Below, piece after piece: positions 34,637 to 47,736 of a stretch of DNA of 54,827 nt (position 1 is its first letter; the number at the start of each line of letters is the position of its first letter). The DNA comes from Perkinsus olseni (taxonomy: Eukaryota). The stretch covers positions 1 through 54,827 of the forward strand of contig JABANN010000193.1 in the NCBI GenBank assembly GCA_013115125.1, given 5' to 3'. The notes under the pieces are model-generated. The model was given only the letters and a program-made list of their open reading frames with translations. It had not been told where the DNA came from and did no database searches. The translations under genes and the position numbers were made by a program.

Positions 34637-36910
34637 TCAATCCTTCACTCTGGTGTAGATCCAGCCCGCCATGATGAGAAGCACAACCCCCAGGACGACG
34701 CGGCAGGTCATGGCGCTCTTACTCTCAGTGAGAACGATTCCTCTTACTCTGTCACTGACCGCCTAACAGATGCTCAGAGAATATCGAGCGCATTTCTGAA
34801 GATTCAAAATATAAACAAGAGCGGAGCGAAGCAGACTCCCGACTCGTCATGAACAGGGACATGAACAGTTCTAGAGAACACCGGGTTCCGGTATACCGAT
34901 GTGTATAGCTATTCAGGAGAAGGTCGACTCGACCGTCATACCCCAATTCGAGGGGCTGCGGATACAAAGGCAGGCTCATAGAGAAAGCGGTAACAGTCGG
35001 TCTACTAGGTCCTCCCGACCCAAGGATTCCACACAGCAGCAACACTGGGTGACCCGTGCATAACCACGATTGAAGTAGCGGCAACCCCGTTCGCGGTTCT
35101 CATGACGTGCTCACATACTCGGATGCCTCCGTTGACATCCTCGTTGCGGTCTTTGATCCTCTCGATGAGCTCGGAGTGCCGTTGTCCAGCCTCCCCCATC
35201 TCAACCGCTACCTCCCGCAGACGATCGACCATCACATCAATGTCGTCAATATCTGAGACACTCATCACCAGGCCCTCCCAAAGGAAGTCAATCGTACCCT
35301 TGTCAATATCGTCCATCCTCGCGGTCCACTCCTCCATGGCTCCCTCTTCCTCCGCAGACAGCTCTCCAACGCGGTGAGAGGGCCGAGGCTGCTGCACCGA
35401 CTCCTATCACCCACACCGTCGAGCAGGCAATTCCGAGAGCCGGAGCCATAGATTGTGTGGGGAAAAACTCACCACGTGACCACCTTCTCGAGTATAAGGA
35501 GCCTCCGGATCATCACCGAAGAGCTTCTTCCGAGCAGTGCGCATATCCGTGGTGCATTCCGAAAGCTCAGGCGGGATCTCGGGAACAGGCTGACCGACGG
35601 AACTCATACGACCTGGACTCAACCGAGCTGCTCCAATCACACTGATGGGCACGAGGGACGATACAAGTCAAACGAGTGCATTCGGACAAGTTCCTTCCCA
35701 CGGACAAGTCAAAGTCCCAGAGGACTAGCTTGACTGGAGCAGAATAGCATGCCATTGAACTGCACAACCATTCGCCGGCAGGCGCCTAGAATTCCTTCCA
35801 AATAACAGAATTCCTGTGATAGCAACCTGGGCGCTAGACGACTACACGAGTCTGTGACATCGCCGGGAGTATCTGCGACTCTGCCGAATGAGAGCAGAAA
35901 CGCTTATCGCTCTCGGGACTGAATGAAGCCCCCTCGCCCTCCCTCCCACCTCCGCGGGACTCCTCACACACCTCGAGCAAGCTTCCACGAACTGCTCGAT
36001 TGCCGACAGCTGATCGTATCTACCTCACCCCTGACCGCGATAGAGGTCAGGCCCCTCACCGCCAATCTAGCTCTCGTTGGCTCAGCTTCGACCCGAGACG
36101 AAGTCCCACAGAGTTGGCACGAGCGCACTGCTCCCGAAGTATCTGAAAGAAATGACGGTTCCTGTGAGTTCCCAACGACGATCTTCTTGCCCAGATTGGA
36201 GACACGCACGAATACCGCGGAGGGGATGGTCTGTCATACAAGAATATGGACTGATAGGCATCCTGCCATATTGGGAAGGTGCGTCCTTCTAGAACAGTAT
36301 ACAGAGCAAGGGACAAAATAATTCATCAGCCGGAGAATGACGGCATTACGCGGACCAATCCTCCAAACCTCGATGACAAGAAGCGAGGATAGCCTGTGGA
36401 GCCAACTCAGCCCCGCCACTAGTATTCAATCCACCCTCATGACCTGTCTCAGATTCCCCGACTTCGTCCGGCACTGGTCCATCAGCGTTCGTGTCCATAT
36501 GGACAGCTTCACAAATTCGGAGTTGCTACTGCCCTTCTTCTCTTCCCGGGCAACCTGATGCCCGTCATCAGAACAGCTGCATCGCGGCGGCTGAAGTCGC
36601 TCTAGGCGACTATGGAGGTACAGCATTCGAAATCGACGATCGCAGTTCATTTGTTCAGTCCCTGACCACTGAAAGCCACCTTTCTTCTCTCCTGTACCAG
36701 GTCCTGTAGCAACCGCATGGCTGCCACAAGCTGCTTCTTGAGCGCTACAAACTTATCCTTCTCAACTTCCTGACACCTGGTGAGCAAAGATCACAGAAAC
36801 GAACCCACCGTGGCCCCAGCGTCTTCCTCCGCGCTATCCCTCTGCCTGCATCCATCAACCACACGACTGAGTCTCCTTTCCAAATCAGCTATGCCGGGGA
36901 GGAGAGTCAT
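34637..36910 (-). CDS. SYP7-like (Qc) syntaxin/SNARE, multi-exon
   Basis: Spliced product MTLLPGIADLERRLSRVV...DKFVALKKQLV (helical N-domain), SNARE heptads IDDIDVMVDRLREVAVEMGEAGQRHSELI, C-terminal TM CRVVLGVVLLIMAGWIY, stop at 34637. Confidence 0.75.
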
Positions 36911-37166
36911 TCAAGCAAAGCCGATACAAAACGCCAGAGCCAAGAAACCCCATTCTAAAGCTTCCACCCTGGCGTCAACCACATACCACTACCAACACGC
37001 GAGAACTTCTCTGCAGAAGAAGGAGGAGAGCACTGCGTTCTGAAGACCAGTTCGTTCGACCTACGATTCTGAGACGAAACGGATCATCTATTATCGTCCG
37101 GCGTTAAGAAACACAAGGCGGAGTGGCAGCATCAAACTAGGAATGCGATACGTTACGACTGCTTTA

Positions 37167-39090
37167 TCAGTATGGCTGCGAGTATCCGTATCTTCCGCCG
37201 CTGGAAGCTGCTGCCCCCCCATACGATTGTGCTGAAGACGCCCTTTGCGGGCCACCAGAGTAGACCGGGCTGTAGCGAGTCATACCGCCATGCTGTGGCT
37301 GGAGGGGCTGGTTGGCAATCATAGCACCACCACCGTAACTAGAGTAGGTAGGCCCTCCCTGGGATTGATAGTATACCCTGAGAGCAGATACCGGAAATTC
37401 CCCTCTGTCATGCCGCATAAGGAGTAGTGCTTCACTCCCGTGCGAGTAATAGTCTTAAATTCACCAATTTCCTCATCTCCGGGAAATTCTACGATCAAAG
37501 CGGACGACACTAACGAGTATATTGCTCGGAACTCCGTAGCCCTACTAGATATAATCCCGTCCCTGACCTCAAACGACCCTTCGCCCGCCCGATCGACACA
37601 ATCTATGCTCACCCTGAGTTTCCCGCGGGCCCCAGCTGCTGACCGGGAGGAGGGGGCGGAGGGGGCACAGAAGACTGCGCCGCCGAGTGAGGCTGATTCC
37701 TCGGCTGTGCCTTCTTAACATCGACACGAACTCCGTCAATAACATGATTCTCCGGATTTTCCATTAGACAGTTCCGCGCACCTGAGACGATGAGCCACCG
37801 TGAAACAGAGGACTACTGCAGGTCTCGACGGCGACGCTCCGATCGCTGTCCAGTGCTGGGGCACGAAGTTCGTCCGCATTAGCGACGCAGAAAACAGGAT
37901 ACTCCAAGGAAGTAATCGCCCGTGAACTTTGAAGAAAGCAGAAGCAGCTACGCATGGAACCCGCCAGGCGATTTCACACTAACAATTCGAAGTGGCACAA
38001 CTTTCATAAAGTCCACTTTCACAGGTACAACACCGAATGCTTTTCGAAAGAGGAAACCCTATACAGCCTTCAGTTCATACTCACGACTTTCCCTTCAGAA
38101 TTTCCGAGCAAGAAACCCTATTTTGAATCCAGATTGGAATGAGCTATCACCTGAAGGGTCCGTGAACACCACGAAAAGATAGTTCTTGTTAGGCGGCCCT
38201 TCGATATCTTGGACCGGTCCATACTTCGAGAAGTGAGTCGCGATTGCCTCGTTGCTCACTTGAGGAGGAACTCCACCGACGAACACTCGATCAGCGGTTG
38301 TCTGCAGAGATTGGGGAAAAGAAAATGAAAACGAAGCTTTTCCTTTCCGTTTCCAGTGAAACGTCCAAAACCCATGAAAGAAAACCACAACACCCTCATT
38401 TTACAGGGCTGAGTGCCAGCCATGCTGTCAAGAACGGCCGAGGGAACAGGGAGGGGGATAAAGCATCGGTGACTCATCTCTGTTGTCCCGACGCCCAATG
38501 CGAGTTTCCGCATAGACAGTCCCCGTACTACCTCTCCGATATTAATTTGACGATTGTGCAGGAAAAGCTCCCCCTTCCTCCGCATGGCTCCCATTTTTCC
38601 CTCCGCCGTCTCGAACACGACGAAGCCGAATCCTCGACTCCTTCCTGAAACGAATCGGCCGAGGGAGCTCCAGACAGAGCGAAAATCAGAAATGCCGAGA
38701 AATCGCAATTTTCCGGCAATGACAACGAAAATGCAAAAATTTCTCCCATCAAGGGGAACTCGGAAGGTAGCTGAAGTCCAACTTGTTCCACTTCAACCCG
38801 CTTGTGTTCGCGATTAGTTGTCTCAAGTTCTATTATTCCCTGACCACTATTTACCCTCACGATTAATCATTTTCCCAGGGTTTCCGAGGACGATGAGAAT
38901 AATTCCCGCCCAGCACCCTGAACGCACTACCTGTAACCTTATCCATCTTTATTTCAGCGGACACCACTGGCCCGAATTGTGAGAAGAAATCGGCCACGTC
39001 TTTTTCGGTGGCAGTATAAGGTAAGCCCCCGATGAAAATCTTCGGACCGGTTCGGATGGGCCGCTCAGCCGAAGATCCTGTTGGACTCAT
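37167..39090 (-). CDS. Two-RRM RNA-binding protein (hnRNP A/Musashi/DAZAP1-like) with Gly/Tyr-rich tail
   Basis: RRM1 KIFIGGL...TGRSRGFGFVVF; RRM2 RVFVGGV...YLFVVF...HVIDGVRVDVKKA; Pro-rich linker; tail ends RYGYSQPY*. Confidence 0.85.
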
Positions 39091-40068
39091 ACCAACGGAA
39101 GGCGTGTTGGCTGAGTAACTGAGACGAGGGTTCCAACTAACTCAGCCCCCACTCGATGCCGAGCAGCGTTCCAGAGTGCACCCGACGACAGCATTCGAAA
39201 TATACACCCCCTCCTCCCCATTCAGTCCCGGATGCATTGCAAGGCCGTTTTAGTGCTCGAGGTTTACATCAGGCGATTCGCAGTAAAACCACGGCATCGC
39301 TCGACGTGTCAATTCTGACGGAAACGCATTCATGCCCCTCCTCCCTCTTGCACAACAGTGCCCCTCTACTACTGACCCGGACATATCCCCTGCAGGCGAG
39401 TTCTGACCATCTACGTCTGTGATTCTGTTGGCTTGAGACATTGACAATTGAATACCACACCGGAAGCACGACGAGCCACTGAGGGAACGAGCACACACCC
39501 TATCGCAGCTGCCGAATAGAACCAGCTAAGTTCCCCTCAGCAAACGACCGACTACTAAGCAACTCACAGCCACCGAAAAATCCCGCCGCCTGGACTCTCC
39601 CTTGTCCCTGTGAAAACTCAAGACCAAAACTAAGCTCACATGAGAGCGTCGATTTTTTCTTAACAAACATCTTAGACGATCCTCGGCTTTACGCCTACTA
39701 CGCTTCAAGGACAGTAGCTCTCTTCACCACCAGGCAGTAGAAACACGATGTTGCATATGCAGCAGCATGATCACAACAACAGATGATGGGAAGGCAACTA
39801 TATAAAATTCGCTGGCTCTCGCGATACACTCGTAGAGAGAGTAGCGGCGAGACCGTTGAAGTGCAGGAGAAAACTGAGCAATGCCGAAACACCAACCAAC
39901 GGCAGATCATCCTCCATAAACAGAGCACGAACAGAGCTGAACGAACGGTGCTACCGCGGAACGGTGGTGGACTCCAGCACGACAGGCATATAGAGTAGAC
40001 AATCTTACGAATATTCTTCTTCTGAAACGACACCCAGTCCTGGCAGACTGGGCTGCAGAGGCAGGTTC

Positions 40069-41694
40069 TTAGTCCTTGCGGATCTTCCTGCACTCGTAGT
40101 AAAAACGCTTTTCATCAGCCTCGCCCATGCTGAAGGTCTTCCGGGGCAGCGCACCATCGTGTACAACAGTCTTGAAAAGATCCGACTTGTGCATATCAGG
40201 CAGCACAATTCCAACGTTCGACGTACCAGCAGTGCAGTACCTGGTAAACAGAAAAATAAATCCTGCGCATGCGTGCAACATTCCATACCACTCCTCACCC
40301 AAATCGCGCAGAGCAACTCACCTCTCAATAGCTGTCAAACCATGAACGTAATCAATCTTAGTGCCATTGGCCTCGTTCTCCTTGATGTAGGGATCGACAA
40401 AGTCCATCACTGTGGCGACGTCCAGGACCTTCTTCGGGTTGGCCACAAAGACGCCTCCCTTAACACCATCAACCATATACCCGAAGCTGTGTCCAGAGCC
40501 CTCGCCCTTGACGGCCTTCTTGAAGTCCTCCTCAGTCTCGCTCACAGTAACCGGACCGCAACCCTCCTTCTCGAAAAACTGCGTCATGTCAGTGATGAAC
40601 TTCCGGCTACCCCCATTGGCGTTGAAAATAAGTCTATGAATTGCCTCAAAGGCCAGACCATCGTCATGGATGTTCTCAATCTCGACCAAGGCGAATCTAG
40701 CAGGGTGGGTGGCGATCTCCTCAGGGTCAGTGAGGGTCGCCTTCACCTCCTGCCAGTACGCTCTAGCAGTCGCCAAGGAGTGATTGCCATCGCCAACTGC
40801 GAAGATCAGAGGTTTCTTGTCGGCGGGGGCGTCGTAAATCTTATGGAAGCGTTCAGGCTCAGCAATGACGTTGAGGGCCTTGGCGACCTCGGCACTCTGG
40901 GAGCTCTCGCCGTCAACCCACCAGCCGGAAAGGTGACCGCCATTCTCCATCAGGTCAAAGTCGTAGACCTGCTTCAGCTCATCCCTCTTAGCGAAGAGTG
41001 GCTCCAAAACAGCCTTCTCCGGATCGTCGATGAGGACCATAATATGCGGCAACTCCACCGGGGCGTTACGACGGACGTCTGACAAGGGGAAGTCAGAAAT
41101 TCACAAACACACTAGGGTAGCAACTCACTCAAACGCGGGGGAATCCTCGATTCGATGGTAGCTTCAGTCGGGCGAATCTTGCTCTGGCTTCCCACAGAAT
41201 AATCATACATCTCCAGGTCGACAGCAGTGACCAAACCAGTACGCGTAGCACCGGTCTTCGTGGTTCGTGAGACCAAAACCATCCCAGGCTTCTCTGGCCT
41301 CACAAGGATACCCTCCGCAGTGTACTTGGCCATGTGATCAGAGATGCTCTTCAGTATCTACTCCACAACAACTATAACAAAACTGCACTCACAAGCCCCA
41401 TCACACTCACCTCCTCATCGTGGCCCTTATCGAGATAGACCTCCGGGAACATCAAACGCAAGGTGCTGGGCGCATCGCCAACGAACTGCTCCACACGCTC
41501 CCAATAGTCGGGCTCGCTCGTGTACCTAAAAGCAACACTTACTAGAAGCTAGTGACAGGGAAGACAGGCTCTTACTGGTCACAGGCGATGACGGCCCACT
41601 TCGTCTTGTCGACTTTATCGGCAGGCAAGAGCGTGTAGGGCACTCGAACGCCGACCTTTGCAAAAAGCTCGTCCGCAGTAGAAGAGGAAGACAT
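40069..41694 (-). CDS. DUF1015 family protein (bacterial-type), multi-exon
   Basis: KWAVIACDQYTSEP.YW, DLEMYDY...IRPTEATI..RIPPR, ELPHIMVLIDD, FAVGDGNHSLATA, LPRKTFSMG....KRFYYE; ATG 41694, stop 40069. Confidence 0.85.
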
Positions 41695-42427
41695 AGCTCT
41701 CAGAATAAAAGTAGTATTAACAAACTGATGGTCTCAATGAAATTGCAGCTCGAAAAACCTTTTAGGGCGACTATGACAGACAAACGCTAGAGCCGAGCTG
41801 CGGAAGCGTCGCTAGCAGCACAGCATGATCAGAATCTTCTGCAGCTTAGCCACGACGAGGAGGCGACCATGCAGTCGCGATAAGGCTAGGCCCATCTCTC
41901 CGACAATTAGCTGCGATATACACCACTGGCCACGCTCTTGAAACTAGTTACTCCGATGAGAATGCTTAGAAGCCCCGCGGAGCCGTGAATAGTAGAGCTT
42001 CGAACACCTGCGGTTGTTACACCGACCGGCCGCTACAGACAAAGAGCCTACAAGGGCCGCAGAGAGTGACAACATCGGGATAGAGACGATGATCCTATCA
42101 CACATTAACAGAGGTATCCATCAGAGCACTGCTGTCGGATGAGCGAAACCTCAGTGACGGTGATGCTAAAGATGTGACGCTGCGCACGCCTTTGTGTGCG
42201 TGTCTCCCTCAAAAATCTTCAAACACGGACCGCCGCAGCTCTCTCATGAACGCGAAAGACAATGACAGAGAAACACGTTAATAGCATCACAGATTGCCAT
42301 TATAAGAGTCTACAGTAAATTAAACTTCTTGCCACGGTCATTGCTGCAGCTTCCGTGACATAAAAAAACCAAGAAATTCGCACCAACGTTTCGGCTAGTA
42401 TGTGAACGCCCGAGACTTCTTCGTTGG

Positions 42428-45400
42428 CTACGCCTGAGCAACGCGATCAGCTTGCTCGCCCTTGGTGCCCATGTTCTCCAAGAACCGCATCCACTTGACG
42501 AACTCAGGCTCGCCAAGTTCAGTCCTAACTTGAGCGAAGCACTCGTACCTGAGCAATGCAAAGGTACTCGGCGTGAAGACCGAACAGTCCATCCTACACT
42601 AAACGTCCGACTTCTTCTGTGTTCATGGGGACACCCAACTGAGTGAAGGCCTCTCCCAGCTCATCCAGGGACACAAAACCTGCTAATGACAATCAGCGGA
42701 GAGATCTCTAGGAGCGAACGACCATCTACCGCTATGATCAGCATCAATCTTCCTGAAGAAGGCTTTGAGGTCCTCGGCCTCCTCCTCCTCGCTGGGCTTG
42801 ACCAAAGCAAGGACCATCAGTACCTACGATCTGAATGGCACAACCCATGCCGAAAACTGTACAACACTTTCGACAATTTCGACCTCAACCCTGAACCTTG
42901 CGAAAAGCGCACGCCCAGACGCTCATGAAGACCTTGAACTCTTCCTCATCGAGCTGTCCAGAACCGTCCTTATCAACCATCTTGAGCAAAGCACATGCCG
43001 ACTTGCTAGCTTCCGTGCCTGGAACCACTCCCATCGCTGCCATAACCTGAACCGCTCCTTCACTCAAAGGAACCCAGCAGACTCCAGCCAACTCACCTCT
43101 TCCATCTCCTGGCAGTCCACAGTGCCGCTAAGATCCGCGTCGAAACTCTCAAAGGTGTTTTCAATCTTCAACTTGGCCTCCTCCGACAGCGACTTGAACG
43201 TGGACAACGCAGCCTTATACCTAGCATGGCGCAAGCGAATGCTCAGGCTAACTAGTCACAGCCTAGTCTTACTCCTCGTCTGAGATCGTTTCCTCTCCCT
43301 CGGCTGCCAAGCGTCGGGCCTTCCCCTCTAACTTCACCACAGACAAAACCTTCAACGCCTGCGACAAGCGCTCTCGCTTCACATCGAAAGTAACCTGAAG
43401 CAAAACCGTAGTAGAGGAGGGCGTAGCCAACAGTCTGTCGCCACCTTCTCAATGAGCTCGGGGTCCTTTAGGTACTCGATGCTAGTCACAAGGGTTAGTC
43501 TGCTCATGACGTGGGGTACCTAGGGATCATGAGGGCGAACCCAGAAAGAGGGATGAAACCGACAAGCACAGAGCAGAACAGTATCTTTTCGTTCGGAAGA
43601 AACCAGACCAACTCAATCTACAGTGGTTTCTCCGAAGAGAGCCCTCCGAAGGGAGCAGGGCTTACTAGGTATCTGGCCATCACCGCCCACTCGAGCCACG
43701 ACAAAACATAGAAAGCCCAGGACAAGGCTGACCACTCAGAAGGGCCGCCGATGACAATCAGTACCTACAAAACTGCTGAATGAACCATGAAGGGAGGGAG
43801 CGTATCGGGGATACAACGACGAGGGAGGGAGTCCTGAGCAGACCATTGGCTTACAATGAGAGTAGCAGTGAGGACGGCTTGGAAGAACATCATCATCTCG
43901 AGCATGTGGGCGAAGATATCCAGAGAGTACTCCTCGAACCACATCAGTCGCTCCTGGGCGTTCGGGACCTACCAAAGAGCAGAGAATTGCTGTATTGCTC
44001 AGTCGCTTCTGCGACGCAGCGACACATGCGCCAGCTTCTTTGGCGGCGACTGATCGATCCTTTTACACTGCATCATTTCCATCAAACCACGAATCACATT
44101 CACAAGGGTAAGATCCTTCCAACGGCATTCCCGACCACTTGAGCGAAATAACGAGACCGGACAGAATCGCACAGCTTCGAAGGCTCCAACCGACTGTGGA
44201 CATTCCCCAGCCGTCACCGCCCAAGACCCACCCTGTGTCTGTGCTGGCAGATGAGCTTCATCACGGTACTTCTCTGGTGAACCGGTTTGAAGTAATCCTC
44301 CCGCTGGCGGAACCTCGGCACCCACGAGAACATCCCTGAACACTGCGAGTGACCAGGAGGCCTCGACCGCCACGAGCTCACTTGACTTCGCTTGCAGTAA
44401 CGGCTCCGTGAGATCCTCCTCCTCAGACGACTAAACAGAGAGGGGATTCATCGCAGCGTTACCGAAGGTATGGCACTACGCTGGCGGGTGTGTCACTGTC
44501 TGATGGACGCTTCGCCGAGGGTCGATCAGGAGACCGATAGTGTCGCTGAAAGGCTGCCAACGATGTGCCTGAGATAGCACACAGAGTTGGACGCAAGAGG
44601 AAGGCTTATCATGAGCGAGCCATTAAAGCGATCATATACGCCGCTTATACAGTCGCACCAACTTGTTTGGAAGAGCGGAGAAAGGCCACCAACAACGATC
44701 CCAAGAAACGCCTACCGGAAAGCATCTGCAACAGCACGGCAGCTCTCGAGGGAACCACAGGCGAGAGGGCGATCATGACGTTAGTAATATGGACCTGATG
44801 ATGGACACTGAGGATCATCCCTGGGAGGGCGGATACTCACGTAAAAGGCAAACATGGCCAGGAGGAGGAGCCAAGAGAAGCCACAGATCATAGCAATACG
44901 GATGGCCGTAGAATAGGACAGTATCTGCATCAACGACCCTTGGCGTATCCTAGGGGCGGGTGCCACGGATCGATGAGAGTAAGAGCCGAGAGCCTTACCC
45001 AAGCAATGCAAGGCGTGAAGAGGACAGCCACCACCCAAGTGGCCAAGTCAACCTCTACCAGTTCGACCTGACAAAGGAGGACAGTGCGAGTGCCCTGGAA
45101 CTCATGATTTTTCCATCATTTTCAACGTGCGTAAGTCAAACGCAGGAGCGATTGACTGAACACTACGACTGGCACCGCAGTCCACGAAAAAATCGAGACT
45201 TTCTGGTTGATTCGCCTTACGAATCCTTCTCCCAACTTTTCCGTTAAATATCGCTCGAAGTCAAAGACGATGGGGTCTCGGACTTCCGGGATCTGACAGA
45301 ACCTTCAGCCTGACCGACCAGGCGTGCTGCAGTCCCTACCTGAGAGACCAAGGCTAGCTTCTGACCTCGGCCGTGCGAAGGGAACAGGAACTCATGACGT

Positions 45401-46900
45401 AGCAGCCTCCAGATCACGATATCGCGCAGCTCGTCAGGGACGATGTAGGAGAACTGAGAAGAACAGACGACCGCTGAGCCACCGACAACTGCTCTTTTCT
45501 GTCGATAGGAACGGGTCCGCTCAAGACTTTGCTGTCACCGTTCGTATCACACTCGAGCAGACGAGGCCATACAGTTGGTGGGAGATGCTAAGGAGCACTC
45601 AAGGAAGAATACACGGAAAAGGCGCAGCGAAAAGTGTGAGAAAGCCAGTCGTATAAAAACATGTAAAAGCGAGGAGTTAACGACGCGTACATTACCCAGT
45701 TCTCCGAAAACTTCAGCGGCGACTTCTCGTTGCCTTCCTCATCCAGGAAGCCTCTGTCAACCAGCCTGCGCCTGACGGTTAAACACACTAGAGATCCAAC
45801 CATGAGGGGCTCTGTAGGTGTTAGTACTCGAGCGAGTTATGGCGAGAATCCGCATGCTTCTCCCGGCCTGTCTCCGACATCTGCTCCCAGACGTCCCACC
45901 TCCTAGTGATACGCTCTGCACCCAGCATGAGCGTCACACACTGGAAGATGAATACCACCATTACCTACTCAAAGTCAGGAGTGCAGAGTACCGCCACGTC
46001 GAGCCATGCCTACGCAAAAGATAATCATGTGGATCGACTCAAAGCTCTCGGCGAGAGGATCATCCCCTCCCTCCTTTGCAGCTTCACCAATAACCTATAC
46101 AAATGCAGCTGATGTCGATGGATTCTGAGTAACATAACACGACTTACAGCCTTGCTGATCTCCTTCGCCAACCCAGTCTTGGTGCCTGCATGAGCATGGA
46201 TGGGCAAATTACTACCATGCATCATCAACGTACATATAAAGACGAAGAGGCCGATGAAGCCAAGGATCATAATTTCGCGGAACAGCGTGTCCATCATCCG
46301 GACCAAAGTCGTCTTCCCCTCCTCTTCAAGCTTCTCTCTGATTCTCTCTTGGATCTACCAAAAAACGCCATGACCGTTGTTGAGCATGAACCGTTCGATA
46401 ATTACATATTCAAACAGCAGAGAAAGGACGATGACCACGACGACCTCTGTGACGTACACCCACGAAGAGACTTCTTCCTGCAGTGAAAAACTGCAAAGGC
46501 CATTCTCTCACCACTGTCCTCTCATCACCTCCTCGCCTTCGACCTCCGCATGCAGCGCACCAACCGACCTCGCCGCCATGGACATCGAGGAGGCAGGCGC
46601 GGTGTCACTCGATAGAAAAGCCTGATGCGAGCCCATGGAGCCCTGAAGTGGGGACGCATCTTGCCACTACACAGCGATGACAGCTTTGCCTACCTCCATC
46701 GACGCTGAGGTTAGAGTCGACAGCACCCAAGCCAAACAAGCTACGCAGGCCGCAAAAATCATCAATAATTTGAGCAGCAGTCCTGAGCGCGAACGCGATT
46801 TCCCCACCAGACAGGAAGCCGCCCGAAGTTTGAGTCGCATCGGACTACCTGGCACCGCTCGCTTTCTTCTTTTGGCGACTCGTGTGGCAACCAGAGACAT
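42428..46900 (-). CDS. MLO-like multi-pass membrane protein fused to a C-terminal EF-hand (calmodulin-like) domain, multi-exon
   Basis: Spliced exons give SSWVYV.EVVVVIVLSLLFEY, TLFREIMILGFIGLF, FESIHMIIF, FDFERYLTEKLGEGF..LVEVD..TW and QERLMWF...LEMMMFFQA (MLO motif order), then DADLSGTVDCQE, DKDGSGQLDEEE, DADHSGFVSLDE; stop at 42428. Start 46900 is tentative. Confidence 0.78.
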
Positions 46901-47736
46901 ACGGAGTCAATAAAAAACAATCAAACAATCTGATGAAGACATATTTCAAACCTTCCAGCTATTGGTTGATCACTGAACAAGGGTGCGCGTTGTAAAAAGC
47001 GCTCGCCCGGAGGCCATTACACAACTACAATGTACAATTATTTCGCTTGCGTGGAGGCTGGTGACTGGCGTGGGTAGTCCCGTTCACCCTCTCCGTGCTT
47101 CGCGAGTGCTACATGATAAAGCGTAACGATTTCTCGCACCTCACGTTGATTTCTATAGAGAATTCATGCGTCAGTAATTGCATTTCTAAACTAGAATCCG
47201 GTATGCTTTGGTGATGCGCGTAAACTGCTTTGAACAGTTATGAGCGAAAATATCTACATAAGTGGTTGAAGTTTCCCATCATCAGTCCAGTAGTCGGGTG
47301 TGGCTCCCGCATTACCTCGATTGCCCTTTTCTCTATATCTGGTCTATTCTATCCTAGGACCGCGTACTGTAAGGGGTTAGTGAGGAGAGGGAGCACGTTT
47401 CACTGGTTTCCGATATGCTTGTGAAATGCGACGAGGATCTTTTAGTTTGCGACGCCATTTTTCTTCGGCAATCAACCTATCCCATCAAATCGCCTTTGCA
47501 TCAGCTTGTAATTTGGTACTGCGTTACGGCCGCACTCACAGTCCGCGGTCAGGCCCTCGGTCTACTGAGTATCTATTCTCACGGAGTGGTGGTCGACGCT
47601 AGGGATTTTCTTCAGGGTCAGGTTTGTTCTAGTGACTTCCACGTAGCAAGCAGCCTATCTTTCTAGTTGGAATCAATACCGAGCATTTCGAGCCTACATG
47701 TTGGAGAGCGACCGATCACAAGTGCTAAGAGGTTGA

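Noticed and set aside
35407-35652. Standalone short SNARE gene starting at ATG 35607
   Set aside because: Upstream exons to 36910 supply the N-terminal helical domain, so this is probably an internal exon
38645-38930. Intronic C/D snoRNA
   Set aside because: Only an imperfect C box with a distant CTGA, and no terminal stem or recognisable guide
40159-41082. 307-aa + strand ORF
   Set aside because: Antisense shadow of the DUF1015 exon
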